IMG/VR virus record: IMGVR_UViG_3300037839_000499
Coordinates: 901 to 64,900 of that record
Source: a virus
Lineage: Duplodnaviria; Caudoviricetes
Strand: one strand, 5' to 3'
Length of the DNA stretch: 64,000 nt
The translations under genes and the position numbers were made by a program. Of this stretch, positions 1 to 10,020 are shown one piece after another (within the stretch, counting starts at the first letter, position 1; each line of letters starts with the position of its first letter). Under the pieces are notes generated by a model. It was given only the letters and a program-made list of their open reading frames with translations. It was not told where the DNA came from and did no database searches.

Positions 1-347
1 GGCAGAGGTTCAACCCCTTTGCCCCTTGCCCTTACCCACGCAAATGGGGAGGGTGGTTCAGCGGGTCAAGGACTTACGCAGGACAGCCCGAAAGGGGAGG
101 GTTTCGGGCGGAGGCAGGGAAACGCAAGAGTAAAAGCAATCACTAGAAGCAGAGGCCACCCCAACCCACCCCCGAAATCCACACGCCAAAGCTCAACGGA
201 TAACGTAATATAAATAGTTAGGGTTCCCTGCCCACCCCCAACATATTATTTTACCCAGGCCCCCCCATATAAATTTTAAGCAGCCGGATTATTGTGCCAC
301 CCCCCCCTATAATTATTTTGAAAAAAGCCTAAAATCTGATAAATGAG

Positions 348-974
348 ATGGGGATGGAATGCGCTTGCAAGAGATTTAATAAAGAGCTTCGCGGATGTGA
401 TCCGCAGTATGAGGCAATACGCGCGTTACGGCCTGAGCTTGGGTTTATGCATATCCCAAGGACTAGCGGAACAGCTTTAGGAAAAGCGCTTGGCCTTGGG
501 CTTTGGGATCCGCTTTTGCATAAAGATTTTCTCGGATGGCATTTGCCGCTTAGTGAGGAGAATCGAACAAAGCGCAAACATTGGTTTACAATCATAAGAA
601 ATCCATACCAAAGAGTTGCTTCAGAATTCAAATACGCAAAACATGCCGCAGTTCTGAAAAAGAACAAAACCCAAGTTCGAGCCATGCCCAATAACGTTGC
701 TGAGTTGGTTGATTTTACAATACCGGCTGACAACCATTTTTGTCTTCAGTATTCAATAGCAAATGGCATAAAAACTTGGATTCGACATGAAAACATGCAG
801 GCTGAACTTAATGAATTTATGGATAGCATTGGATATCCAAGAATTGAACTGCCAACCAACGCTCTTTGGGAGAAGGGGGTTAGACTGAAAGAACACATAT
901 TGACTGAAGCTGACAAAGAGATCATTTACGAAAAATACAAAACAGACTTTGAAAAATTGGGCTACAACAAATAA
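348..974 (+). CDS. Sulfotransferase family 2-like protein
   Basis: FMHIPRTSGT (5'-PSB loop), FTIIRNPYQRVASEF (3'-PB), IRHEN and C-terminal YKTDFEKLGY pattern. Confidence 0.8.
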   Translation: MGMECACKRFNKELRGCDPQYEAIRALRPELGFMHIPRTSGTALGKALGLGLWDPLLHKDFLGWHLPLSEENRTKRKHWFTIIRNPYQRVASEFKYAKHAAVLKKNKTQVRAMPNNVAELVDFTIPADNHFCLQYSIANGIKTWIRHENMQAELNEFMDSIGYPRIELPTNALWEKGVRLKEHILTEADKEIIYEKYKTDFEKLGYNK

Positions 975-1260
975 TTAACCCAAAACACGGGGTCACACCC
1001 CAAAACTAAAATCAACGCTAAGGCCTCTGGAAGGCCTTATAAATGATCTGAATTAGCAAATAGGGTGGTGTATCCATTTGGTATATCAAATCATTTTCCA
1101 GGGATAACTGTCTTCTACAAATAGAGTTTGATCTTTGTTATCAGGCATTTGCAGAAGCTAGTGTTAGATGGCTATTCTAGCACTCAACACCAACCCTTCT
1201 TTCCCCCTTGCATCCCCCTATCATCTGAAACTTAAATATAACTATCTTACTTATGAGTTA

Positions 1261-1337
1261 TGTTATAACAGGACATCTATCTTTAATACTATATGATGAA
1301 GTAACACCTATATATATGTTATAACATATATGTTATA
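1261..1337. repeat. AT-rich intergenic palindromes
   Basis: TGTTATAACA 1261-1270; perfect 20-bp palindrome ATATATGTTATAACATATAT 1312-1331 overlapping an 18-bp palindrome TATAACATATATGTTATA 1320-1337. Confidence 0.75.
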
Positions 1338-1448
1338 CTCCTGATCTGTAACTATTATGGAGAGTTATAAGAGAACCAATGTTGATAGTGAAGGCTATCT
1401 GAGTACTAACGCTAATTTTGTTAGCTATGATGGATTGGGTTAGTTTTT

Positions 1449-1467
1449 GCGGACGAAAAACGTTTAA
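1449..1467 (+). promoter_or_regulatory. Motif A copy (RCGGAC-N7-GTTNAA)
   Basis: GCGGAC gaaaaac GTTTAA gggt ATG(1472). Confidence 0.75.
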
Positions 1468-1471
1468 GGGT

Positions 1472-1930
1472 ATGAAAATAACAATACTGCTAACACTAAT
1501 GCTAACCCTTAATGCAAACGCTGGTGATCGGCCGCCACCTTGGCAGGCAATTGAGCCAATGCGTAAGTATGGCGGAACCCAGCTGGTCAAGGTCAAGGAG
1601 CGCGACGCAACCCTAGACGAAGTCCGTGCTTATGGGGATCTGGCTCGGCATGTTCCAGCGCACCTTATCTCCGAGGTGTCTTGCTACATGCCCGACTACC
1701 TCAAGGAGTTCTTCATTAACGGCAAAAAGATGCCCGGCGCACCATTCCCATCGGCCTACTGCTGGGATCGATTCCATGCTGACGTTGCCGCCGGCAAGAA
1801 AATACCCTTGCACATGCGTTACATTGTTAATTCCCAAAAGGCCCAAGAGGAGTTCTTCAAAAGTAATCCTGGCTCAAGACCTGAAGAAGCTAAGCCCGAT
1901 GAGGCCAAGCCCGATGAGGAGGCCAAATGA
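1472..1930 (+). CDS. Hypothetical protein with N-terminal signal peptide
   Basis: Start moved to ATG 1472 after motif A; MKITILLTLMLTLNANA looks like a Sec signal; C-terminal EAKPD repeats. Confidence 0.65.
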   Translation: MKITILLTLMLTLNANAGDRPPPWQAIEPMRKYGGTQLVKVKERDATLDEVRAYGDLARHVPAHLISEVSCYMPDYLKEFFINGKKMPGAPFPSAYCWDRFHADVAAGKKIPLHMRYIVNSQKAQEEFFKSNPGSRPEEAKPDEAKPDEEAK

Positions 1931-2553
1931 TTACCATCAACCCACGCAAAGTAGCCATTTACAGTAGGGTTTCTACTGACGATCAGGATACCGCGCTCCA
2001 AACAACGGAGCTACTTGAGTACTCTAAAAAGCGCGGATGGGAACCAATTATGTTTGAGGATCACGGGTTTTCGGGAGCCAAGTTTGACCGACCGGCCTTA
2101 AACAAAATGATGGATGGCGTTCGGTCTGGAGCCATTGACCTTGTGCTGACTTGGAAGCTGGATCGGATGGGCAGATCCACTCAGCACTTGGCCGGAATCA
2201 TTAATGAGCTTTTGGAGGCCGATGTCGGCCTAGTGGTTCCAACCCAAGGTATCGACACGTCGGCTGGCTCGATTAATCCTGCCAGCAAGCTCCAGCTCAA
2301 CGTGCTTGCGGCCGTGGCTGAATTCGAGCGCGACTTAATCCGTGAACGAACCAAGGCTGGGATGAAAGCCGCCAAGTCTCGCGGGATCCTTATTGGTCGA
2401 AGGACTATCGTAACCGAAGAACAGCTTGCACACGCAAAGCTTTTGGTTAGCACAGGCAACGACGTGACTATTCGCCATATCGCCACATGTGTAGGGGTTT
2501 CTCGCGGGACCGCTTGGAGGCTTCGTCGCAAGATTGAGGACGGCCTGTTATGA
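1927..2553 (+). CDS. Small serine recombinase (resolvase/invertase family)
   Basis: YSRVSTDDQ catalytic Ser motif, SGAKFDRPAL, KLDRMGRS, AEFERDLIRERTKAG, C-terminal HTH. Confidence 0.95.
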   Translation: MITINPRKVAIYSRVSTDDQDTALQTTELLEYSKKRGWEPIMFEDHGFSGAKFDRPALNKMMDGVRSGAIDLVLTWKLDRMGRSTQHLAGIINELLEADVGLVVPTQGIDTSAGSINPASKLQLNVLAAVAEFERDLIRERTKAGMKAAKSRGILIGRRTIVTEEQLAHAKLLVSTGNDVTIRHIATCVGVSRGTAWRLRRKIEDGLL

Positions 2554-2714
2554 AGCCGATTGTAGGCGTAAGGATTGTATGCAAGACCCCAGTACCCAGA
2601 GGGCAGAGAGTGGTTCACCACCATCCGCTTTTGGGATGGCTGCGAATTATGTGGCTCCAGCACCAACACCGGATACCGGTATTCCCAACGTGGAAGTGGA
2701 AGGGCAGGAACTAA

Positions 2715-2740
2715 GCGGCACAGAGCAACCTTCATTGTTG
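2715..2740 (+). promoter_or_regulatory. Motif B copy (GCGGCACASAGC-N10-GTTG), putative late promoter
   Basis: GCGGCACAGAGC aaccttcatt GTTG; starts 57 nt before GTG 2772. Confidence 0.65.
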
Positions 2741-2771
2741 GCTCAGATTAGAAAGCGCACAACTTCGGGAC

Positions 2772-4034
2772 GTGCCATTACTGCCATTCACTAACGCCGC
2801 TCAGTTGCCCTCAATTCCGCGAAGCGTAAGCGAAACGCCGGCAGGGGCCGCAGCAATACAACTCCCTTATGCCTCAATAGCTCAAACGCCATTTAGCGTT
2901 GGCGCCGCGAGCGACATTTCAGCCAAGGAAGACAAATCCAATAAAGGGATAGCTAATGGCTATGCCCCGCTAGACGCAACAAGCAAGGTGCCATCTGGCA
3001 ATTTACCAACCATTGACGTTTCTGGTCAGATCTCCACTCACAACTCTGCGACTACTTCGGTTCACGGAATAGCAAACACAGCAAACCTTGTAACCACCTC
3101 GATTCTTGCAAGTCACGAAGCGGACACCACATCAGTACACGGAATTGCGAATACAGCTACCCTTGTGGTGACTAGTGATTCGAGGTTGTCCGACCCAAGA
3201 AGACCACTTCCATATCCCGTACTTAGCGAAACGCTATTCTCTGGTGTTACGGCAGAAAAGCGGGTGCATACTCGTTCTTACAATAGTGGTGATCAACTTT
3301 GGGAAACAAATGTTGCAGTTACTCAGCTACCGCTTGTTTTGGACGCATACCATGATCCTGCGGTGATTTATGAAAATGGTGAAGAGGGATGGTCAATCAC
3401 CACATCCTCCGCCGTCGTTGCTTTTGGAACTTCAAATACTTCTGGGCTAATCTTTGAGTCCGACGATGAGGGGGCTAAGATAATGAGGCTGGGCGCAATA
3501 GTTGTACCGCCACTACCAAACCCAGCCCCACCATCTCCATACACGACACAAGCTACTTTTATTGAGTCCTTCAGTGCAATCATTTTTAAAGCAGGGGGGG
3601 CTTGGGATTCTTCTGCTTTTGCGAGCACGTGGAACTCAGTAAGTCCATCACGAAATATATTCAACTCAAGAACTTTCAACGATCAAAGCGAGACGATAAA
3701 GGAATGGCAACTTGAAGCTGGCTACGGCCCCTCCTACGACTCCTTCAATGTTGCCATGGCATCCCCTAACATTCTGCTTAGGTGTTCAAAAAGGTACACC
3801 TCTTGGACAAACGGCGTTAGCCCATCAGTTGAGGGAAATGGAAATATTATTGTTGAAATTATTTTCTACGGAATACCGAAAAGTCTTTCCTTTGGAACTA
3901 CAGCTGGAACCTATTGCCAAGGGAATGATTCAAGACTTTCTAATTCAAGGACACCAACGGCACACACGCACGCCATGTCGGATGTTACTAGCCTTCAGGC
4001 AACACTAATCGCCTTCGCCATCGCACTAGGATAA
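2772..4034 (+). CDS. Tail fibre-like virion protein
   Basis: Tandem TTSVHGIANTA repeat; FGTTAGTYCQGNDSRLSNSRTPTAHTH fibre-type motif. Confidence 0.6.
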   Translation: MPLLPFTNAAQLPSIPRSVSETPAGAAAIQLPYASIAQTPFSVGAASDISAKEDKSNKGIANGYAPLDATSKVPSGNLPTIDVSGQISTHNSATTSVHGIANTANLVTTSILASHEADTTSVHGIANTATLVVTSDSRLSDPRRPLPYPVLSETLFSGVTAEKRVHTRSYNSGDQLWETNVAVTQLPLVLDAYHDPAVIYENGEEGWSITTSSAVVAFGTSNTSGLIFESDDEGAKIMRLGAIVVPPLPNPAPPSPYTTQATFIESFSAIIFKAGGAWDSSAFASTWNSVSPSRNIFNSRTFNDQSETIKEWQLEAGYGPSYDSFNVAMASPNILLRCSKRYTSWTNGVSPSVEGNGNIIVEIIFYGIPKSLSFGTTAGTYCQGNDSRLSNSRTPTAHTHAMSDVTSLQATLIAFAIALG

Positions 4035-4038
4035 ATAT

Positions 4039-4992
4039 ATGAAACAAATCGCATCAGCTTATACCTACAACAAAACGAGTGGCGTAATCGTTCTTTCGGG
4101 ATCGACTATCGACAGAGATCAGTTGCTTTTAGTTGTCAACACGACGAGGAATGTCACTTACTACAATTTCGCTGATTCCGCAACAACGCTTCAGTCTTAC
4201 GTTAATCCTAGTGTATATAAGGGTTTTTATGATGGTGGCGGGATGTATAACATAGGCGACATTGTTCAGACAAACGGCAACCCATACGGGACTGCCGGGG
4301 GATTCTTCATAAGGCTCCAAGCTCCGAATGCTGGATATGCCCCTGCGGTGGGCGGTGGAAGCAATAGCCATTGGGCGCCTACAAGTGCGTCGGGAACTAC
4401 CATCACTCTCAACGCATCGGTTGTATCCTCGGCGAGTAGCCACAATAACGCGGATGCCTTAACAATTTACTACGACGATCAAGCAGGTTCTGGTGTGATC
4501 TCTGGCACGGTAGACTCCGTTCTCAAATACCTAGATGACGAAATCGTAGCCCAACCCTTAGCAGACATTACGGGGACTTTACAGGCAAAGGCTATGGGAA
4601 CAGCCATTATTGATGACGAACCCACAAATAAGCAGATTAAGGTTGATGAGGAGGGCGTGGTACAAGTATATCACCCTTCCGCCCTCATCTTTCATCCCGC
4701 CCAAGGCGCAGCTGTAACCAACACAAATTTCACAAGCACTATTCCCTCTACCTCACTTGTCTTTGGAAACGCAGGCAGAAGAGTGTTGACCGTATTTAAC
4801 GAAGGGCCAGGACTGCTTTATATTTCTGCGATTGGTGATGGGACAACGTGTACAACCACCTCATATCAAGTTCGCCTAGGGGTGGGCGATTACTGGGAGG
4901 CTCCCGCAGGACAGCTGCAACTCAACCATGCAGCAGTATTCGGAACGGCAGGGACGGCTAGGGTAAGCCAAGGAATTGCCTTCGGCTTTTAA
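4039..4992 (+). CDS. Putative virion structural protein
   Basis: Beta-rich Thr/Ser/Gly composition; co-transcribed with fibre-like genes. Confidence 0.5.
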   Translation: MKQIASAYTYNKTSGVIVLSGSTIDRDQLLLVVNTTRNVTYYNFADSATTLQSYVNPSVYKGFYDGGGMYNIGDIVQTNGNPYGTAGGFFIRLQAPNAGYAPAVGGGSNSHWAPTSASGTTITLNASVVSSASSHNNADALTIYYDDQAGSGVISGTVDSVLKYLDDEIVAQPLADITGTLQAKAMGTAIIDDEPTNKQIKVDEEGVVQVYHPSALIFHPAQGAAVTNTNFTSTIPSTSLVFGNAGRRVLTVFNEGPGLLYISAIGDGTTCTTTSYQVRLGVGDYWEAPAGQLQLNHAAVFGTAGTARVSQGIAFGF

Positions 4993-5002
4993 GGAGAAGG
5001 CG

Positions 5003-5881
5003 ATGCCTTTATTCATCCCCAGCGTTTCACTTGCCCCAGTTGATTACATCGAGACATCGACTACTGGCAATACAACCAAGGGCTTAAGCACATTTCGCTT
5101 CATGCGGATATTTATGTTTGGCGGAGGCGGAGGAGGCGGTGGTGGGATGGCTAGGGCAAGTACAGCAGTCAGTAAGTACGGAGGCGGAGGAGGCGGAGGA
5201 GGGCAATACCTAGATATGCTTTTCCCTTGTGCCGAGTTCGGTTCTGGTAGTGTGTACATTGGTTACACAATAGCTAATGCCGTGGCTGGCGGAGCGGGTG
5301 GAGACTATGGGGTAGATGGAACCGCAGGGGGAGATTCAGTTGTGCAGATAGGAACTCTTGCACTGAGGGCAAGAGGAGGCTCTGCTGGAGAGGGAGGAAA
5401 TGTGTTCAACGGACTTGGAGCGCAAGGGAATAACTCTGGTGGAGGAGGAAATAGCTCTACTGGCCAGACGGCACAGGCAGGCGGAAGTGGATATGCTGGT
5501 TCTGGCGGAGGTGCGGGTGGAGTAAATACGGACTCCACCAACGCAAGAAATGGTGGAAGTGGTGGTGCTGGTGCTTGGCCAAATGCAAGTAATGGGCCAT
5601 CTGGCGGACTTGGAAAGAGCACAGTAAATGGTGGAGCTGGTGGTGCAGGATACAATGGCATCACCTCAACCACACAGCCTTACATCATCGGTGGTGGTGG
5701 GGGTTCTGGTGCAGGGGCTACGATAGCAAGCGGACTCAATGGGGGGGTGGGCGGTGCGGGAGGGTCTAATGGTGGCGGGGGCGGCGGCGGAGGAGCGAGT
5801 GGACACGCAACCGTGGTTGGTCTTGGTGGTGTGGGTGGCGCGGGTGGCAAAGGTGCAATTAAAATACTTTTTTACCGATGA
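5003..5881 (+). CDS. Glycine-rich tail fibre/adhesin-like protein
   Basis: Poly-Gly tracts, GGGGGGG near N-terminus and GGKGAIKI at C-terminus; AAGGAG before ATG 5003. Confidence 0.7.
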   Translation: MPLFIPSVSLAPVDYIETSTTGNTTKGLSTFRFMRIFMFGGGGGGGGGMARASTAVSKYGGGGGGGGQYLDMLFPCAEFGSGSVYIGYTIANAVAGGAGGDYGVDGTAGGDSVVQIGTLALRARGGSAGEGGNVFNGLGAQGNNSGGGGNSSTGQTAQAGGSGYAGSGGGAGGVNTDSTNARNGGSGGAGAWPNASNGPSGGLGKSTVNGGAGGAGYNGITSTTQPYIIGGGGGSGAGATIASGLNGGVGGAGGSNGGGGGGGGASGHATVVGLGGVGGAGGKGAIKILFYR

Positions 5882-6066
5882 GCTATAACCGAGAAGGTCA
5901 ATGCATAAAGGCCCTGCAGTATTTGTGGGACGAGGGATTTTTGCGGTTATGGGAGGAGAACGGCGAAGCAAGGCTTGCTCTTACAACCGAGCTATCTGAG
6001 GTGCATAAGGCAATTAAGGTGAAGTTTAGGCGCAAGACCGATCCGGCGGATTGGTGGAAGAAATGA
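5878..6066 (+). CDS. Hypothetical protein
   Basis: ATGA overlap with previous gene. Confidence 0.5.
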   Translation: MSYNREGQCIKALQYLWDEGFLRLWEENGEARLALTTELSEVHKAIKVKFRRKTDPADWWKK

Positions 6067-6299
6067 TGAAAAAGAGTAAGCCAAAAAAAAAGTCCCGCTC
6101 TTTGAAATACGAGAAAACAGCATTGAAGGTAAGTCCCTTGGGCCTTAGTTTTCCGGATAATTTTATGGCAATCATGGGATGGAAGCGAGTATATGAAAAA
6201 TAAGCCAAAGAGTCTTTCAGAAAAACGGAGAGCCAACAAATTCGGCGAGTGGAAAACATCCACTTACGGATCTGGCAAAGGCACCGAAGTCTACTGGTC

Positions 6300-8063
6300 A
6301 TGGCCAAAACCAAAGCTGAAGAAAAAGAATTAACCCTTGAGGCCGTACAGGCCATAGCTCGCAAGGACTTTTTATCTTGGTGGGAGGGATTTACAAAAAT
6401 CCTGAACAAAGACGCCAAGATGGTCAATCCAGTCGCAAACTACTTGCAATGCCGAGTGGCAGAGATTGTTTCTTTCATGCGCGAAAATCAAAAGCCAATT
6501 CGGCTTGTTGTGCTGAAGCCACGGCAAATGGGTAGCTCCACTATAACGTCTGCCGTCATAACGCACTTTGTCAGATCCATGCCAAACGTGTCGGCATGCT
6601 TGATCGGGGATGAGCTGGATACTTCGCAAAATCTTTTCAACATGGTTAATCGCTACATCGAAAACGACTCGCTGGATTGGGGTACTACTTACAACCCAAG
6701 TCGGGGCGAGTTTAGCCATGGATCGCGAGTAGTGAAAGAAACCGCAAACGATCCTGGAGCCGGCCGGTCTATGACCCTGCAAGCATTGCTATGCTCCGAG
6801 GTTGCCCATTACCGCAGAACCGGAGAGCGATCTGGGGAGAAAATCTTGTTGGCCATCCGTAACTGCGTTCCAGCAAAGCCTGATACTATCGTGATCGAGG
6901 AATCCACGCCAAACGGAGCTGGCGGTGCGTTTTACAATACATGGCAGAACGCTGTGGAGTTTGAGGATTTCAAGAAAGGCCAGACCGGGAATGGCTACGT
7001 TCGGGTGTTTGCAGCTTGGCATGACTTCGAAGAAAATAGCGAACCACACGAAAACGATCTTGAACTGACCTTTCGAGAGGAGGATCTAAAGAGCCGCTTC
7101 AAATTAAGCAACGGGCAGATCCTTTGGAGGCGTAGGGTGCTAAAAGAAAAGTGCGCCGGCGACAGCAAGCAGTTTGACCAGGAGTATCCGAACGACCCGA
7201 TTACATGCTTCTTAACTTCTGGCAGACCAAGGTTCGACCAAGATGGGATGACTCACCTAGACCAGCTGGCAAGAAAAGAACCTCTTTACGGAGTGCTGGA
7301 TACGCCAAGCAATTTCACTAAGCCGATCTTCCGAAAGACATCCCAGCAGGAAAGCTGGCTCTATGTTTGGGAACAACCCCAGAACATGGCCAGATACTTG
7401 ATTGCGGTGGACGCGATGACTGGAAGCTCGCAAGTCAGCGGAGCGGATCCCGACGCGCATGCCGTATTTGTGCTGAAGGCTGGGTATCACGACGCAAGCA
7501 ACAAGTGGATTCGCCACTCGGTGGTGGCGAGGATCCGGCCGCCATGCCGAGTCGATATCGATGTCTTGGCTGACTTGACCGAGAGGATGGCCTTGTACTA
7601 CGGCGGATGCTTAATTGTGCCAGAGGTCAACGGCCCCGGACTTGCGCTGATTGAGTTGCTAAAGATGGCGAGCCTAAACATATATCAAAGAGAAATATTT
7701 AATCTTAGAGAATCAAAGCGATCAAAGGCTCTCGGCTGGCAAACTACCGACAAGACGCGAAGGATGGTGGTGGAAAACCTTGCGTCCCACATTAGGGATT
7801 ACAACGAAAGGGAATTCGGAATCGACATCTACTGCAAGCACGCAGTTGGCGAACTTAGGAGTTTTGTAATTGCAGAAAATGGCAGGCCGGAAGCTGCAAC
7901 TGGAAAGCATGACGATGACGTGTTAGCGGTAGCGATTGGATTGGCGACGATTGAGGGTGCAACGCCGTACACCGAGCCAAAGGCCATCAGGACTCTTCCT
8001 CCCGATTTGCAGAAGCTGGTTGATTCGCAATCAAAGAGCCACTTGGTCACGACGTTTAGTTAA
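6300..8063 (+). CDS. terL: Terminase large subunit
   Basis: Walker A LKPRQMGSST, Walker B LLCSEVAH, coupling motif ESTPNG, RNase H-like IAVD and HDDDVLAVAI; start uncertain (6249 or 6300). Confidence 0.95.
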   Translation: MAKTKAEEKELTLEAVQAIARKDFLSWWEGFTKILNKDAKMVNPVANYLQCRVAEIVSFMRENQKPIRLVVLKPRQMGSSTITSAVITHFVRSMPNVSACLIGDELDTSQNLFNMVNRYIENDSLDWGTTYNPSRGEFSHGSRVVKETANDPGAGRSMTLQALLCSEVAHYRRTGERSGEKILLAIRNCVPAKPDTIVIEESTPNGAGGAFYNTWQNAVEFEDFKKGQTGNGYVRVFAAWHDFEENSEPHENDLELTFREEDLKSRFKLSNGQILWRRRVLKEKCAGDSKQFDQEYPNDPITCFLTSGRPRFDQDGMTHLDQLARKEPLYGVLDTPSNFTKPIFRKTSQQESWLYVWEQPQNMARYLIAVDAMTGSSQVSGADPDAHAVFVLKAGYHDASNKWIRHSVVARIRPPCRVDIDVLADLTERMALYYGGCLIVPEVNGPGLALIELLKMASLNIYQREIFNLRESKRSKALGWQTTDKTRRMVVENLASHIRDYNEREFGIDIYCKHAVGELRSFVIAENGRPEAATGKHDDDVLAVAIGLATIEGATPYTEPKAIRTLPPDLQKLVDSQSKSHLVTTFS

Positions 8064-8089
8064 GCGGCACACAGCCACAGAAGTAGTTG
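8064..8089 (+). promoter_or_regulatory. Motif B copy
   Basis: GCGGCACACAGC cacagaagta GTTG; starts 57 nt before ATG 8121. Confidence 0.7.
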
Positions 8090-8120
8090 TCCGGCACCTG
8101 CACAGGGCAAGATTAGTGGG

Positions 8121-8423
8121 ATGGACAAATCTCAAAAATACGCGGGGCCTGCGCCTACGTCTGGCGTGGCGAGCTACGACATGAAGCCTTTGAAAAATGA
8201 ATTTATGGCAAGCTCTGGTCCGACCAAAGATCGTCTCGCCCAAAGGGAGGAAAAGAAGTCCACGCAAAGCACGATGAGCAAGGGTTATAAACCCAAGCTA
8301 AAGGCGACCGACGCCCAGATGCGCGACTACGAAAGAAATAAACCAGTCAATACCCCAGCGGGTCGGGCAAGATACGCCGACAAAGCTCCTAAAATTAACC
8401 TTCGCAAGGCGTACCAAGACTAA
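8121..8423 (+). CDS. Basic hypothetical protein
   Basis: 100 aa Lys/Arg-rich ORF directly after motif B. Confidence 0.6.
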   Translation: MDKSQKYAGPAPTSGVASYDMKPLKNEFMASSGPTKDRLAQREEKKSTQSTMSKGYKPKLKATDAQMRDYERNKPVNTPAGRARYADKAPKINLRKAYQD

Positions 8424-9962
8424 ATGGCTATTACGCGCACCGCTGAGCCAGAGGCAATGCGAAGGATCGGCGGTGGCCGCGGATCCCGAGGCGGAGACGA
8501 TTTTGCAGGCTTAGGTGGTTCGTTTGCTGGACCCGGATCTGAGTTTACTGGCGCATATTTGCAAAATCGGCTTTCTGGAATGAATAGGGCAACGGTAAGT
8601 AACGCCGTTAACCAAAAGAGGGTTATGGCATCCCCAGAGTTTGCGTTGGCCAAGACCCTTGGAATCAGCACGGTGTATAATAGTGGTGGAAACCAAGTGG
8701 ACGTACAGGGAGCCAGACAGACGATTAATAATCCGTATTCAACAAGAATGGAACGTGATTACGCGCAGGGGAGGATGGATAGTTACAACCAAAAGGCGGC
8801 CAACGCCCCAAGAAACCCTGTGATGGCTGCCGCTGGACTCGCGGCTCCGGGTGATGCAATTCAAGCCGACGACGGTTACGCAGGGCCAACTGGTTCTCAA
8901 GGCGCATTCGATAAAATTCAAGAAAAATTCGGAACGCCACAGCAAAAGATTCCGCAAATTCCGACTACCCCAGGCGCAACTGGAGGCGGCGCACCGCAAC
9001 CGACTCTTCCCGCGTCCGCAGGCGACCAAGCCGCTGTCCCGATAAGTCCGAAGGCGGCTAGGGACGCAACCAGAGCGCCAATCGGCGCGGAACTGCCAGC
9101 AACCAGCGGGGAACCAGAAAGCCGAAGGACTCCAACAAAGGAAACCACTAAAGGGCCAAGGCTAGATACTTATCGGGGGCCGACACCGACGGGGAATGCT
9201 GGGACGTTCAAGGGTGGGCAGGAGGCGAGGGCTTCAGCGGACGAGAGCAGAGCGAATTTCTCGACTCCAGGATCGCAGATGCAGAGAGCTAATGCTTACC
9301 GCAAGGAACAAGGGATGGATGAGGTGGATTTTGCGGGGCAAGAGCCAAAGTATGATCAAGCTGGAATTAACGACGCAAACTCAAGGCGGGATGTTGCCCT
9401 TAAAGAAATGTCTGGCACTCGAGATGCCGAGGAAAAATTTGAGATTGCGAAAAAAATAAACAAAGCGCAGGACGACAGGGAGGCAATTAAGAAGGGTTTT
9501 AACGACGCGAGTGAGTCAGTTGGTTTTGAGCAAGCTAAAAACAAGAATGTGTACGGCAACGCTTACGGCCCAGACGGCGGAGAGTCCCGAAGAATGAGTG
9601 AAAGACCACCAGAACTTGCTCCCTTGGGAGGGTTCGACGAAAAAGTTGTTTCGGGAGCACGGGGCGGAACCAATGAGGCCCCGAGGGGCAGCGGCCAAGA
9701 CAGGGAGCAGACTCAACAAGGCAGGCAACGCCCAGCAGAAACGGAAACAGTTGCTGTCGGCCCCATGACAAACAAGCCAGCAAGCTCGCAGGCGGAGTAC
9801 GACCAGAGAACAAAAGCTTTTGACGACGCAGGCGTAAAACAAAAGCAGGATAACGCCGACACGGCAGAGCGGAAAAAAAAGGCCGGTGAACAGAAGAATT
9901 TAGAGCAGTTAAACAAGAAGTATGCTGGTCCGGGGCCGTTCCCCAAGAGGGCTGGAGCATGA
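8424..9962 (+). CDS. Low-complexity, probably disordered protein (possible internal virion protein)
   Basis: 512 aa rich in G/A/P/Q/R/E with no Cys or Trp; immediately precedes the giant gene. Confidence 0.6.
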   Translation: MAITRTAEPEAMRRIGGGRGSRGGDDFAGLGGSFAGPGSEFTGAYLQNRLSGMNRATVSNAVNQKRVMASPEFALAKTLGISTVYNSGGNQVDVQGARQTINNPYSTRMERDYAQGRMDSYNQKAANAPRNPVMAAAGLAAPGDAIQADDGYAGPTGSQGAFDKIQEKFGTPQQKIPQIPTTPGATGGGAPQPTLPASAGDQAAVPISPKAARDATRAPIGAELPATSGEPESRRTPTKETTKGPRLDTYRGPTPTGNAGTFKGGQEARASADESRANFSTPGSQMQRANAYRKEQGMDEVDFAGQEPKYDQAGINDANSRRDVALKEMSGTRDAEEKFEIAKKINKAQDDREAIKKGFNDASESVGFEQAKNKNVYGNAYGPDGGESRRMSERPPELAPLGGFDEKVVSGARGGTNEAPRGSGQDREQTQQGRQRPAETETVAVGPMTNKPASSQAEYDQRTKAFDDAGVKQKQDNADTAERKKKAGEQKNLEQLNKKYAGPGPFPKRAGA

Positions 9963-10020
9963 ACTGGGGATTAGGATCCGCATCCCAAGCGGCCCTGGCG
10001 TAAGCCAGCGGTAATTTCGA

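Noticed and set aside
2715-2740. Motif B as a sigma54 promoter
   Set aside because: GGCAC is present, but there is no TTGC at the required -12 spacing
2534-2794. 86-aa ORF between the resolvase and fibre gene
   Set aside because: No recognisable features and it contains motif B; coding status uncertain, so not listed
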